Positions 26,051 to 33,460 of a stretch of DNA of 64,000 bases are shown piece by piece. Positions within the stretch are counted from its first letter, which is position 1; every line of letters begins with the position of its first letter. The notes beneath the pieces were generated by a model. The model saw nothing but the letters and a program-made list of their open reading frames with translations, was not told where the DNA came from and made no database searches. The translations under genes and the position numbers were made by a program. Source of the DNA: an uncultured Candidatus Saccharibacteria bacterium. Lineage in GTDB: Bacteria; Patescibacteriota; Saccharimonadia; Saccharimonadales; AWTP1-31. The stretch spans positions 194,096-258,095 of the forward strand of contig CAZVTA010000002.1 in assembly GCA_964629815.1 (NCBI GenBank). Direction: 5' to 3'.

Positions 26051-27504
26051 TCTCTATAGAATGCAGGAATCTGCGGGTTGAACGGGTCTATATGCGTATA
26101 GCTAGTGCGTTTTTTGCCTGTTTCGTCCGTGCTTTGCCGAGGAAAATAGTTGCTCCAATCGCCTACTTCATCATCTTTTTCGTTACGTATGAGTGCTCCC
26201 CGCGCATTGGCACGCGTATCGGTTGGCGGGGTTAGTATCTGATTTTGTGTTCTGTGAATTGCAGGATTAGCAAAACCACGCCAAAGCTGTGGCTTACGAC
26301 GAAGTTGTTCTGCTATGCCGCCACCAAGTTTATCCCAGTAATAATCGAAACGACAGAGTCTTTCTGAGCCGATCGGCTCACCGGATTGTTCTATTTTTCT
26401 ATCTATGGCCTCTTTGCGCGCAATTGACTCGACATATGGAACGGCGCGCTGAGGGTCGGTACTGATAAGATCGGTTACCTCAATAATTTCTTCTAGAACT
26501 TGAAACATTTCTGCACTGAAGTAGTCTTGATTATCCTCGAGTCGCAGGGCTCGATCGCACAGCTCGCGAATGATGCGTGCAGGTTTTTCGCCGTGGCGTA
26601 CTTTTGTTGATGGGTCTTCAATCGAAACGTCGTTGGTATTGCCGAAGCGGCCAATAATACGTGCTGCCCGCAATGGATCCCGTAGTCTTGGTACGACGTC
26701 TATGCGACCAGCTTCGATTAGCCGAAAGACCGCGTTACTAAATACAAGGCTTGCACGGAGTGCCCATGGAAAACTGAGTGTGTCGTTGGTTACGGTCTCT
26801 ATGCGTTTAAACGATCCGTCTTGTTTGAAGTTTGTGCGAACGAGTGGTCTCGCATTAGACTCGCCGTATAATGCGTGCAGTCTCTCGCTTGAAACAGACA
26901 AGCGGGGTGCATGGTGGTAGTGTGTCCTTCCGTGCTCGTCTAGCAAGAGGCCACCCGAGCCAAACATTGCGCCCTTTACTGCATTTATACCTGCAATTGT
27001 ATGTATAAGACCGGGATATTCTTCGGTAAGTAAGCTAAGGTGATTTAGGTGGGTTGCACGTGATGTTCTGTTGTGGTCGACAGCTTTTCGGTTGATCTGA
27101 AATGATTCGATGATGCCTTCTGCGCGCAGTGCGGCAAAGGCACGTAGTATAATCGTATCACCATCAAAACAGCGCACTACTGCTTCTTCGGCTGTTCTAG
27201 CTTCGGGTGTTGAATATTCTGGTCCACTAGGGTCGAAGTAAAATCGGCCGCCGTTTGAAACAAAACCGCCATCTGCCCAGACAAGACCATATTGCATTAA
27301 AGCAAACTGAAGCGCTCCTCTGAGGCCTAAAACGCCACCATCACTAAATGCGTTTTCGACCGGGGCTTCATATAAGCTAAGCTGAGTGTCTTTAGAATGG
27401 CAAGATCCTACAATTTCGTATGCCGGTGTATCTGGCATAGTAAGGGTGTAGCTATACTCGGTCTCTACACCGTAAATATTGTCATCAGGACCTCGAGTAA
27501 TCAT
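26047..27504 (-). CDS. Pup-ligase/deamidase family protein (PafA/Dop-like carboxylate-amine ligase)
   Basis: GVETEY, NGGRFYFDPSGPEYSTPE, THLNHL, RIETVTNDT, RFDYYWDKL and TPPTDTRANARG are collinear with PafA/Dop motifs (GIETEF, NGARLYLD.GSHPEYAT.E, CHENYL, RLHVIVGDSN, EIDWVIKRKL, PPQTTRARLRG). Confidence 0.75.
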   Translation of the reverse strand: MITRGPDDNIYGVETEYSYTLTMPDTPAYEIVGSCHSKDTQLSLYEAPVENAFSDGGVLGLRGALQFALMQYGLVWADGGFVSNGGRFYFDPSGPEYSTPEARTAEEAVVRCFDGDTIILRAFAALRAEGIIESFQINRKAVDHNRTSRATHLNHLSLLTEEYPGLIHTIAGINAVKGAMFGSGGLLLDEHGRTHYHHAPRLSVSSERLHALYGESNARPLVRTNFKQDGSFKRIETVTNDTLSFPWALRASLVFSNAVFRLIEAGRIDVVPRLRDPLRAARIIGRFGNTNDVSIEDPSTKVRHGEKPARIIRELCDRALRLEDNQDYFSAEMFQVLEEIIEVTDLISTDPQRAVPYVESIARKEAIDRKIEQSGEPIGSERLCRFDYYWDKLGGGIAEQLRRKPQLWRGFANPAIHRTQNQILTPPTDTRANARGALIRNEKDDEVGDWSNYFPRQSTDETGKKRTSYTHIDPFNPQIPAFYRD

Positions 27505-27554
27505 TCAAACATAATAAATTTATTGTACTGTCAATGCAAGCACGAGCAGGATGT

Positions 27555-28661
27555 TTACTCGAGTGTTCGTGTCCAGTTGCGGCTACTTCTATCATAGACA
27601 AACCCAAGGCGCTTTGCTTGCTTGTCGTAGGCTGATAAGGCTTGATCGAGTGTCATATGGGCTTCTTTTTCGCGACCTTGCGGTTTTATCCACTTATTCT
27701 TTCTGCCCGATTGAATTGTAAGCTGGTCTATTTCGCCTTGCTGTGCGAAGTCTTCGGTAATGGCAATCATGAGTCTTTGCCAATCAAACGGGTAAAGACC
27801 GCGCGAGTGCACTCGGGCAACCTTTTCAAGCTCGTAACCTTTATTATGAATACGCCATGGGCGTATGCCCTGTAATTGTTGTATAACGAGCTCTCTTCCG
27901 TGAGTTGCAAGGCCAACAACAGCCTGGGGAACATCGCGGTAGATAAGCACGATTCCGGTTGGTGAATCGAGCCATAGGCTATAATACAGATTTTTTTCGT
28001 GGTCATAACTCCATTTGTCGACCGATCCATCAATGCACGTCATCCCTTCGGATGTGCCAACAGGTGATATAAACCGGCTTGCTTGAACGGGCTCAAGTCG
28101 GTAGTTGTTAATCCGAGCATCGCTAATTGGTGATTCTGTTCGAGATGATTCAGTAAGATGTCGCGGCAAATCTACTGAGTCGAGCCCGCCAGTAAAGAGC
28201 CGTTCCATAGAAAAATAGTGGGGCATTATGTCTTTGTGGAGAGAACTATGACTACGCTTTACCCAAGCATATTTTTTGGCTTTGCGAAATAGCTCTAAAT
28301 CGTAGCCAAGTGCTGCAACTGTATTAGCTGGCTCATCTTCATTTCCTGGAGTTCTGCATCCAAACCATTCAAGTACTTTACGTCCTAATCTTTCTTCAAT
28401 AAGTTCTTTAGAGAGGGGCTGCAGTAGGTGTGCGATTTCGTATGACCTATCTTCTCCTTCGGGCGTGTTATCAAGAAAGTCCACAGGGTCTTCTTTGCTA
28501 AAGACTTTTTCGGCAAACTCAAACATTTCTTCTGTATACGCACAGATCATGTCTGAGTACGCGCCGGAATATCTGCGTTCGTAATATTGTTGCACGCCTC
28601 GATATATTTCGGGGGTACGAAGAAAATCAATAGCGGAGGAAGAGGTTTCGGTAATCGTCAT
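27555..28661 (-). CDS. hypothetical protein; the C-terminal half may have a GNAT-like fold
   Basis: 368-aa ORF. VVGLATHGRELVIQQLQGIR...WQRLMIAITEDFAQQGEIDQLTIQSG...ALSAYDKQAKRLGFVYD resembles the GNAT beta4-alpha3...alpha4-beta6 pattern. This is a weak call made by eye. Confidence 0.5.
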   Translation of the reverse strand: MTITETSSSAIDFLRTPEIYRGVQQYYERRYSGAYSDMICAYTEEMFEFAEKVFSKEDPVDFLDNTPEGEDRSYEIAHLLQPLSKELIEERLGRKVLEWFGCRTPGNEDEPANTVAALGYDLELFRKAKKYAWVKRSHSSLHKDIMPHYFSMERLFTGGLDSVDLPRHLTESSRTESPISDARINNYRLEPVQASRFISPVGTSEGMTCIDGSVDKWSYDHEKNLYYSLWLDSPTGIVLIYRDVPQAVVGLATHGRELVIQQLQGIRPWRIHNKGYELEKVARVHSRGLYPFDWQRLMIAITEDFAQQGEIDQLTIQSGRKNKWIKPQGREKEAHMTLDQALSAYDKQAKRLGFVYDRSSRNWTRTLE

Positions 28662-28676
28662 GCGGTCAATGTGTTA

Positions 28677-29240
28677 TCAGCGCCAGCCTAATTTTGCACC
28701 TTCTAATATGCGCCACGTGTTAAATCTGTCTTTGGGTATGATACGAACTGGCCACCAACTTGCCCAGCCATCTATCGAGGCACGCACAATGTCTCGTTCG
28801 AACGAAAGCACATCAATGACTGCCTTCGGGTCTTTACCAATTTCTCGTACATCGGTGCAATGTTTTGTAGCAGGTCGCACGCTTTGACCGTCAATATTAA
28901 AAGGGTGTCTTTCGTATTGTGCAGCACCCACCTCGGGAATATCGAGTCGTATAAACCAATCTACTAACGATCCGTGGGTTTTTTTACGCAAAGAAAATCC
29001 ATCAGCGGCAACACACAGGTGCATCTGTTCGAACGGCATAGGTCGGTGAGGCTGAGTAGTACGAGGTAATTCGCTCAGTGTTCGTGGCTCGTCGGGTAGT
29101 ATCTCGCTTCGAAGGCCTCGAAACATGTTAAGCGCAACACGGATGGTAATGAGTGCGGATTCGGCTAAGCTTTGCTGGCCATTAAGCGGTTCGGGGTTTA
29201 CTTCTGCAGGGATTGCTGGTGGATATTGTGATTCTCGCAT
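28677..29240 (-). CDS. hypothetical protein
   Basis: 187-aa ORF with a good promoter: TTGCAA (29270-29275), 16 nt, TATAAC (29248-29253), 7 nt, ATG. Confidence 0.6.
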   Translation of the reverse strand: MRESQYPPAIPAEVNPEPLNGQQSLAESALITIRVALNMFRGLRSEILPDEPRTLSELPRTTQPHRPMPFEQMHLCVAADGFSLRKKTHGSLVDWFIRLDIPEVGAAQYERHPFNIDGQSVRPATKHCTDVREIGKDPKAVIDVLSFERDIVRASIDGWASWWPVRIIPKDRFNTWRILEGAKLGWR

Positions 29241-29294
29241 GCAACTAGTTATAAAGCAAATGGGCTAATTTGCAAGCATAAGCAAAGTGTTATT

Positions 29295-29546
29295 CTAGGT
29301 TCGTACTTTTGTAATAAGCCGAAGATTCGCAAGATAATGCTGCGGGTTCGTTGCTGGATGGTTACGGATATACTTAACATGTTTATCTACAAAAGGCATT
29401 AAATTGTCTGGATATTTTTCTGCGTCAGAACTAAACGTTGGTTCAGTGTTGAAACGCAGGTCTTGGTCCATTGCCTTTAGTACTTTGAGTAATTCATGCC
29501 CGGCATCAGTCTCAAAAAAATCAATTTTTTTTGTGTAGCTAGACAT
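29295..29546 (-). CDS. hypothetical small protein
   Basis: 83-aa ORF with SD AAAGGAAG upstream. No motif recognised. Confidence 0.6.
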   Translation of the reverse strand: MSSYTKKIDFFETDAGHELLKVLKAMDQDLRFNTEPTFSSDAEKYPDNLMPFVDKHVKYIRNHPATNPQHYLANLRLITKVRT

Positions 29547-29608
29547 TATTTACTTCCTTTGGGCTGTTTTGGTTTTTTGATTTCTTTTCGCCCTTTGTCC
29601 TTTGACAT
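29546..29608 (-). CDS. candidate 20-aa Lys-rich micro-ORF (MSKDKGRKEIKKPKQPKGSK)
   Basis: Hand-translated. Its TAA shares a base with the ATG of the 83-aa gene (TAATG). Too short for the ORF track, and it has only a weak SD. Confidence 0.3.
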   Translation of the reverse strand: MSKDKGRKEIKKPKQPKGSK

Positions 29609-29678
29609 AATGCCAACTTTCTATAGTTACAACGAGTTATCTATGTTTCTTTAGTATACGCTTAAACAGCGTCGTTCC

Positions 29679-30863
29679 CTAATGGGATACAAAGGTTAGT
29701 GCGTGACCTACTTTACCAGCACGACCAGCACGGCCAATGCGGTGAATGTAGTCGTCGTATGTTTGAGGCACAGAGTAGTTAATTACGTGGCTAATATCGG
29801 CTATGTCGATACCACGCGCCGCTACGTCGGTTGCAACCAGAACTGTTACTTCGTTTTTCTTGAATCGGTTTAGTGCGCGTTGTCGTTGTCCTTGTGTTTT
29901 GCCGCCATGGATTGAGTCTACCTTAAAGCCGCGTTCTACGAGCTCTTTGCAGAGTCGGTCGACATTGCGTTGGGTTTCGTCAAAAACGATCGCCTTAACG
30001 GTATTTTCTGTAATGAGTGTGTCGTGCAACTTACTGATCTTTTCGTGTGTGCCGTTGTAGCGTACAACGTTTTGGTGCACGTTTTCACTGGCAGAGCTTG
30101 CTTTGAGTGATACGGTAATAGGGTTATCGCAGAATTGGTCGATGAGGCTACGAACCTTGTTGTCTATGGTTGCAGAAAAGAACAATGACTGCCGTCGAGG
30201 GCTGGCCTGGCTCAGAATGTAGGTTACGTCGTTTACGAAGCCCATGTCGAGCATTCTATCGACTTCATCAAGTACAACCATGTTGAAATTACTAAGCTGC
30301 AAAGAGCCACGTTCGATATGATCTTTGATACGTCCTGGCGTTCCAATAATGACGCGAGGCGAGCTTTTTAGGTCGCGCAGCTGGCCACCCATATTTGTAC
30401 CGCCAATAAGTACAGCGCCAAATAGCCCGCTACCTTTTGCAATATGCTTACATTCGACTTCAATTTGCTGAGCTAGTTCTCTAGTTGGGGCGATGATGAT
30501 CGCCGCACTCGACTTGTCTTCAATCAGTCTATTCAAAACAGGTATAGCAAATGCTGCAGTTTTTCCTGTACCAGTGCTTGCAATACCAATAATGTCTTCG
30601 CCGGAAAGAGCGGGTAAGATAGTTTGATCTTGAATTGGTGAAGGTGTTTTATAGCCACGGTTTGCAAGATTAGTTTTTATAAGAGGAGTAACCGCAAAAT
30701 CATCAAACGTGTGTTTTGCTTCGTAACTTTCTTGTTTGGTGGGGTTTGCAGGTTTTACGAACTTCGCAGGGTCAATATATTGGCCGCGGCCACGGTTGCC
30801 TGTTTTTCTTTGGTTGCGTTGTTTGTTTGTTCGATTAGACGAACGGTAAGCATAATAAGACAT
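29679..30863 (-). CDS. DEAD-box ATP-dependent RNA helicase
   Basis: Q-motif FDDF...PSPIQ, motif I ASTGTGKT, PTRELA, DEVD (DEAD variant), SAT, and HRIGRAGRAG. Confidence 0.9.
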   Translation of the reverse strand: MSYYAYRSSNRTNKQRNQRKTGNRGRGQYIDPAKFVKPANPTKQESYEAKHTFDDFAVTPLIKTNLANRGYKTPSPIQDQTILPALSGEDIIGIASTGTGKTAAFAIPVLNRLIEDKSSAAIIIAPTRELAQQIEVECKHIAKGSGLFGAVLIGGTNMGGQLRDLKSSPRVIIGTPGRIKDHIERGSLQLSNFNMVVLDEVDRMLDMGFVNDVTYILSQASPRRQSLFFSATIDNKVRSLIDQFCDNPITVSLKASSASENVHQNVVRYNGTHEKISKLHDTLITENTVKAIVFDETQRNVDRLCKELVERGFKVDSIHGGKTQGQRQRALNRFKKNEVTVLVATDVAARGIDIADISHVINYSVPQTYDDYIHRIGRAGRAGKVGHALTFVSH

Positions 30864-31033
30864 AAAAATAGATCCTTTGTTTGGTGATGTTAGTACTCGA
30901 TTGCTTCGATGAAACCTGAGTAATAACGCTCACAAACTCGGATCCACTTGTACAATACCGTAAAGTATAGCAGAATGTTATAAAATAGTCAACAAACCGC
31001 TATACCGGGATTGTTCTATCTGACCAATACTAT

Positions 31034-31678
31034 CTATAGATCTTCGTCTGACTTACACTGAGATGTCACGCGTACCGTAACGTTACGTGCATTACTTATC
31101 TGGTTGCTGTCTGCAGAACTTATGTCTGGTTCTGATATGGTTATTTTGTCTGCAGCAACGCCACGAGAAGTTAGGTCGTTCTTAAAACGGTTAGCACGGT
31201 CGTTGGCAAGCTTTACGTTACCCGCAGAGTTACCTGTTTTGTCTATGTCTTTTATTTCCCCTTGCAATTCGATTGACCAGTACCTATCTTTAAATGTTTT
31301 GTAGAACGACGCATATTTGTCTGCAGAAGCTTTGGCCGCTGCGGCATCGGCATACTCGGTACTGTCAGGCTTATAGAGAACTTCCTCAAAGACCATTGTT
31401 GATTCGGTGCTTCCCATATAATAGTCAAGCGGTTCGCCGCCATTTATTGATTTATAGTCGTCGAGTCGAAGGCATTTGTCGTACTCTGACGTTTTAGCGA
31501 CCGTTTTAGTGCTGTCTGTTTCTTGGGTCGAAGTCTGCGACTTTTCTGATGTTTTGGTATCTTTCTTATTGGCTTTGAATACCATTACGCCAACACTGCC
31601 AATCGCAACAATGACCGCAAATACAATAACGGCTACTACTATGTGTGCTATACCTTTTTGATTGTTCTTTAACGGCAT
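31034..31678 (-). CDS. membrane-anchored OmpA-C-like domain protein
   Basis: N-terminal TM helix. The C-terminus IELQGEIKDIDKTGNSAGNVKLANDRANRFKNDLTSRGVAADKITI...NARNVTVRVT follows the OmpA/MotB C-terminal pattern (G..D..G....N..LS..RA..V...L...GV). Confidence 0.5.
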   Translation of the reverse strand: MPLKNNQKGIAHIVVAVIVFAVIVAIGSVGVMVFKANKKDTKTSEKSQTSTQETDSTKTVAKTSEYDKCLRLDDYKSINGGEPLDYYMGSTESTMVFEEVLYKPDSTEYADAAAAKASADKYASFYKTFKDRYWSIELQGEIKDIDKTGNSAGNVKLANDRANRFKNDLTSRGVAADKITISEPDISSADSNQISNARNVTVRVTSQCKSDEDL

Positions 31679-31693
31679 AAGACGTCTCCTTCT

Positions 31694-32368
31694 TTACTTA
31701 CAATAATCGCTTGTTTTGCCCATTTTTCCATCGACGGCAGGGTAGGTGCGGTAGTCTACTGACTCAAACATATCAAGCCAGCATAGCGCATAGCCCGACT
31801 GACTAAGGTCGGGTAAATTATTCTTGGTTATTGCATTGTTCTTGGCTGCGCTGTTTAGATCCCTGTAATCATACACGCCAAGGTCAAAGCTATAGTTTGC
31901 CGTATTTTTAAAACCAACTGCAGTGGCGACCACATCACCAGCTTTTACGTAGTTGTCTTTTGTGATTGGTGTTGTCTTAGACTCATCACATGCACTATTA
32001 CCGACTAGAATTTGACCATCCGAAATTGGCTGTAGTATCTCAATTATCTTTCCGAGATTCTTCTCAAATTCCTGGGCTGTTGTGTATTGTTGGCCATTCT
32101 CGAAGAGATCATCATTTGTTCCTATGCATACCACCACAATAAGCGGATCGTTAGGCCATTTTCTTACCTTAGTTTCTAGCTCAATACGTTCAAGCAGATT
32201 GCGAGTAGTATCTCCTGATATGCCGAGGTTAAAAATCTCAGGCTGTTTATTATGTTTTAGATCTTGGAGGGCTAGTCCATCGTAATGCTTACGTATTAAC
32301 TCAACCCACCCGCCTTCACTCGACCAAAAGCCTTGAGTAATACTGTCACCAAAGAACAAAATTCGCAT
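31694..32368 (-). CDS. SGNH/GDSL-family hydrolase
   Basis: Block I ILFFGDSITQGFW, block III GISGDTT, and GTNDDL. Start placed at ATG 32368, 6 nt after TATGAT (32375-32380). Confidence 0.8.
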   Translation of the reverse strand: MRILFFGDSITQGFWSSEGGWVELIRKHYDGLALQDLKHNKQPEIFNLGISGDTTRNLLERIELETKVRKWPNDPLIVVVCIGTNDDLFENGQQYTTAQEFEKNLGKIIEILQPISDGQILVGNSACDESKTTPITKDNYVKAGDVVATAVGFKNTANYSFDLGVYDYRDLNSAAKNNAITKNNLPDLSQSGYALCWLDMFESVDYRTYPAVDGKMGKTSDYCK

Positions 32369-32382
32369 ATACACATCATAAC

Positions 32383-32404
32383 AAAAATAACCTCGTAAGA
32401 GGTT
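32383..32404 (-). terminator. stem-loop plus T-run following unit A
   Basis: The minus strand reads aacctc-ttac-gaggtt, then ATTTTTGT. Confidence 0.6.
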
Positions 32405-32420
32405 CTAATCTGACAAAACT

Positions 32421-32618
32421 TGGTAGCGGGGGCAGGACATCGTACATTTGCCTTTGGCAAACACTCTTTCGCTCTGGTGTGCTCGGTAAGTATACCTGCG
32501 CGCACCCTCGCTACACCGAACCTGTGGTACGTTCGCTATTTAGCGAACTCACGCATCAGGCTCTCGTCTAGTCTCCGACAATGAAAAAAGCTCCACCAGA
32601 AAGGTGAAGCTATTTTCA
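32421..32618 (-). repeat. unit A: ~198-nt element ending in the tRNA-fMet 3' sequence CCTGCCCCCGCTACCA
   Basis: 18 nt (32421-32438) are identical to the tRNA 3' end at 32797-32814. An internal hairpin at 32479-32505 covaries with unit B. No plausible ORF. Confidence 0.6.
32584..32610 (-). terminator. stem-loop plus T-run following unit B
   Basis: The minus strand reads agcttcacc-tttc-tggtggagc, then TTTTTT. Confidence 0.65.
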
Positions 32619-32796
32619 TGGTAGCGGGGGCAGGGGCGTCCTTCGGATCATTTCCTCGTGTGCTCGAAGCAAGCTTCTGCGCACATTCGTCATGAACGAA
32701 CCTACGACCACGCCTGGCTTTGCCATGCTGGTCGCAGAACCAAGACCAGCTCCATGACCAAGAAAAAAGCCCCATCTTTCGATGAGACTTTTATCT
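32619..32796 (-). repeat. unit B: ~178-nt element ending in the tRNA-fMet 3' sequence CCTGCCCCCGCTACCA
   Basis: 16 nt (32619-32634) are identical to the tRNA 3' end. Hairpin at 32660-32684. Confidence 0.6.
32763..32788 (-). terminator. stem-loop plus T-run following tRNA-fMet
   Basis: The minus strand reads gtctcatc-gaaa-gatggggc, then TTTTTT. Confidence 0.65.
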
Positions 32797-32871
32797 TGGT
32801 AGCGGGGGCAGGACTCGAACCTGCGACCTTGTGGTTATGAGCCACACGAGCTGCCACTGCTCTACCCCGCG
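32797..32871 (-). tRNA. initiator-type tRNA-Met (CAT)
   Basis: Manual cloverleaf: CGCGGGG-TA-GAGC-AGTGGCA-GCTC-G-TGTGG-CTCATAA-CCACA-AGGTC-GCAGG-TTCGAGT-CCTGC-CCCCGCT-A-CCA. The unpaired C1xU72 is the bacterial initiator hallmark. Confidence 0.85.
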
Positions 32872-33108
32872 ACGTCGATGTGTAATGCTGCGGTAGTCAA
32901 TTCGCCGACAAAACAAGTTTGCTCGGCAAATTCTACTACCCCAGTAAGCCATCTCCTTTTCCCCAAAAAGAATCCTCTCTTTTCGGGGACCCCAAGTATG
33001 AATTTACTTAGGCTGCTCTTTTCTCTGAAGATTCAAGCTCAATAATCATACCAAACAGGGGTAATTATGTCAATGGTGGTATACTGTAGGCTATAAAGCA
33101 TAAACACT

Positions 33109-33414
33109 ATGGACGATCAAAAGCAAAAAACTAAACCAGTTAGGTCTAAAAAAGAACAGCGTGGCATAAAGGTGTTGGTTGGTGGAATCGTGGTAACGGT
33201 GGTTGCGTTTGTGGTACAGCGTTTAGCACTGTATGTGTTAATTGTTTCCATGCCGGCGGCTTTTGCGAGTGCACTGTATCTTTTATTTGAAGCGTACAAG
33301 CGAAATGCCGAAAAACAAGAAGCCGCCCCCGACTGGAACGCGGTAGACTTACCTAAACCTGCCGAGGAAGTTCCTATAAAAGAGCGAAGCGTAATAATGC
33401 CCGACGAAAAATAA
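33109..33414 (+). CDS. small membrane protein, unknown function
   Basis: 101-aa ORF with two TM helices. Extended -10 TGgTATACT at 33077-33085. Confidence 0.55.
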   Translation: MDDQKQKTKPVRSKKEQRGIKVLVGGIVVTVVAFVVQRLALYVLIVSMPAAFASALYLLFEAYKRNAEKQEAAPDWNAVDLPKPAEEVPIKERSVIMPDEK

Positions 33415-33415
33415 A

Positions 33416-33441
33416 ACAACCCCAATAACTGGGGCTGTTTT
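33416..33441. terminator. bidirectional Rho-independent terminator between convergent genes
   Basis: acaacccc-aataact-ggggctgt stem-loop with an A-run upstream and a T-run downstream. Confidence 0.7.
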
Positions 33442-33460
33442 ATGCAAAGTGGTAAATAAA

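Noticed and set aside
29295-29546. The 83-aa ORF next to the PafA-like block as a Pup/UBact-type modifier.
   Set aside because: It ends ...LRLITKVRT rather than G-G-[QE]. It also does not look intrinsically disordered and acidic like Pup. No ORF in the block has a GG[QE] terminus.
32536-32775. A 79-aa ORF (MGLFSWSWSWSW...) and a 60-aa plus-strand ORF inside the tRNA-adjacent units.
   Set aside because: They span terminator hairpins and the repeated tRNA 3' sequence. Their composition is implausible, and they have no SD or -10 context.
32421-32871. A genomic island or prophage integrated at the tRNA, suggested by the direct repeats of the tRNA 3' end.
   Set aside because: The segments between the repeats are only about 180 nt. 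They carry no ORFs, and no integrase or mobile-element gene occurs anywhere in the window. This is kept only as an alternative explanation (ancient scars) in the corresponding finding.
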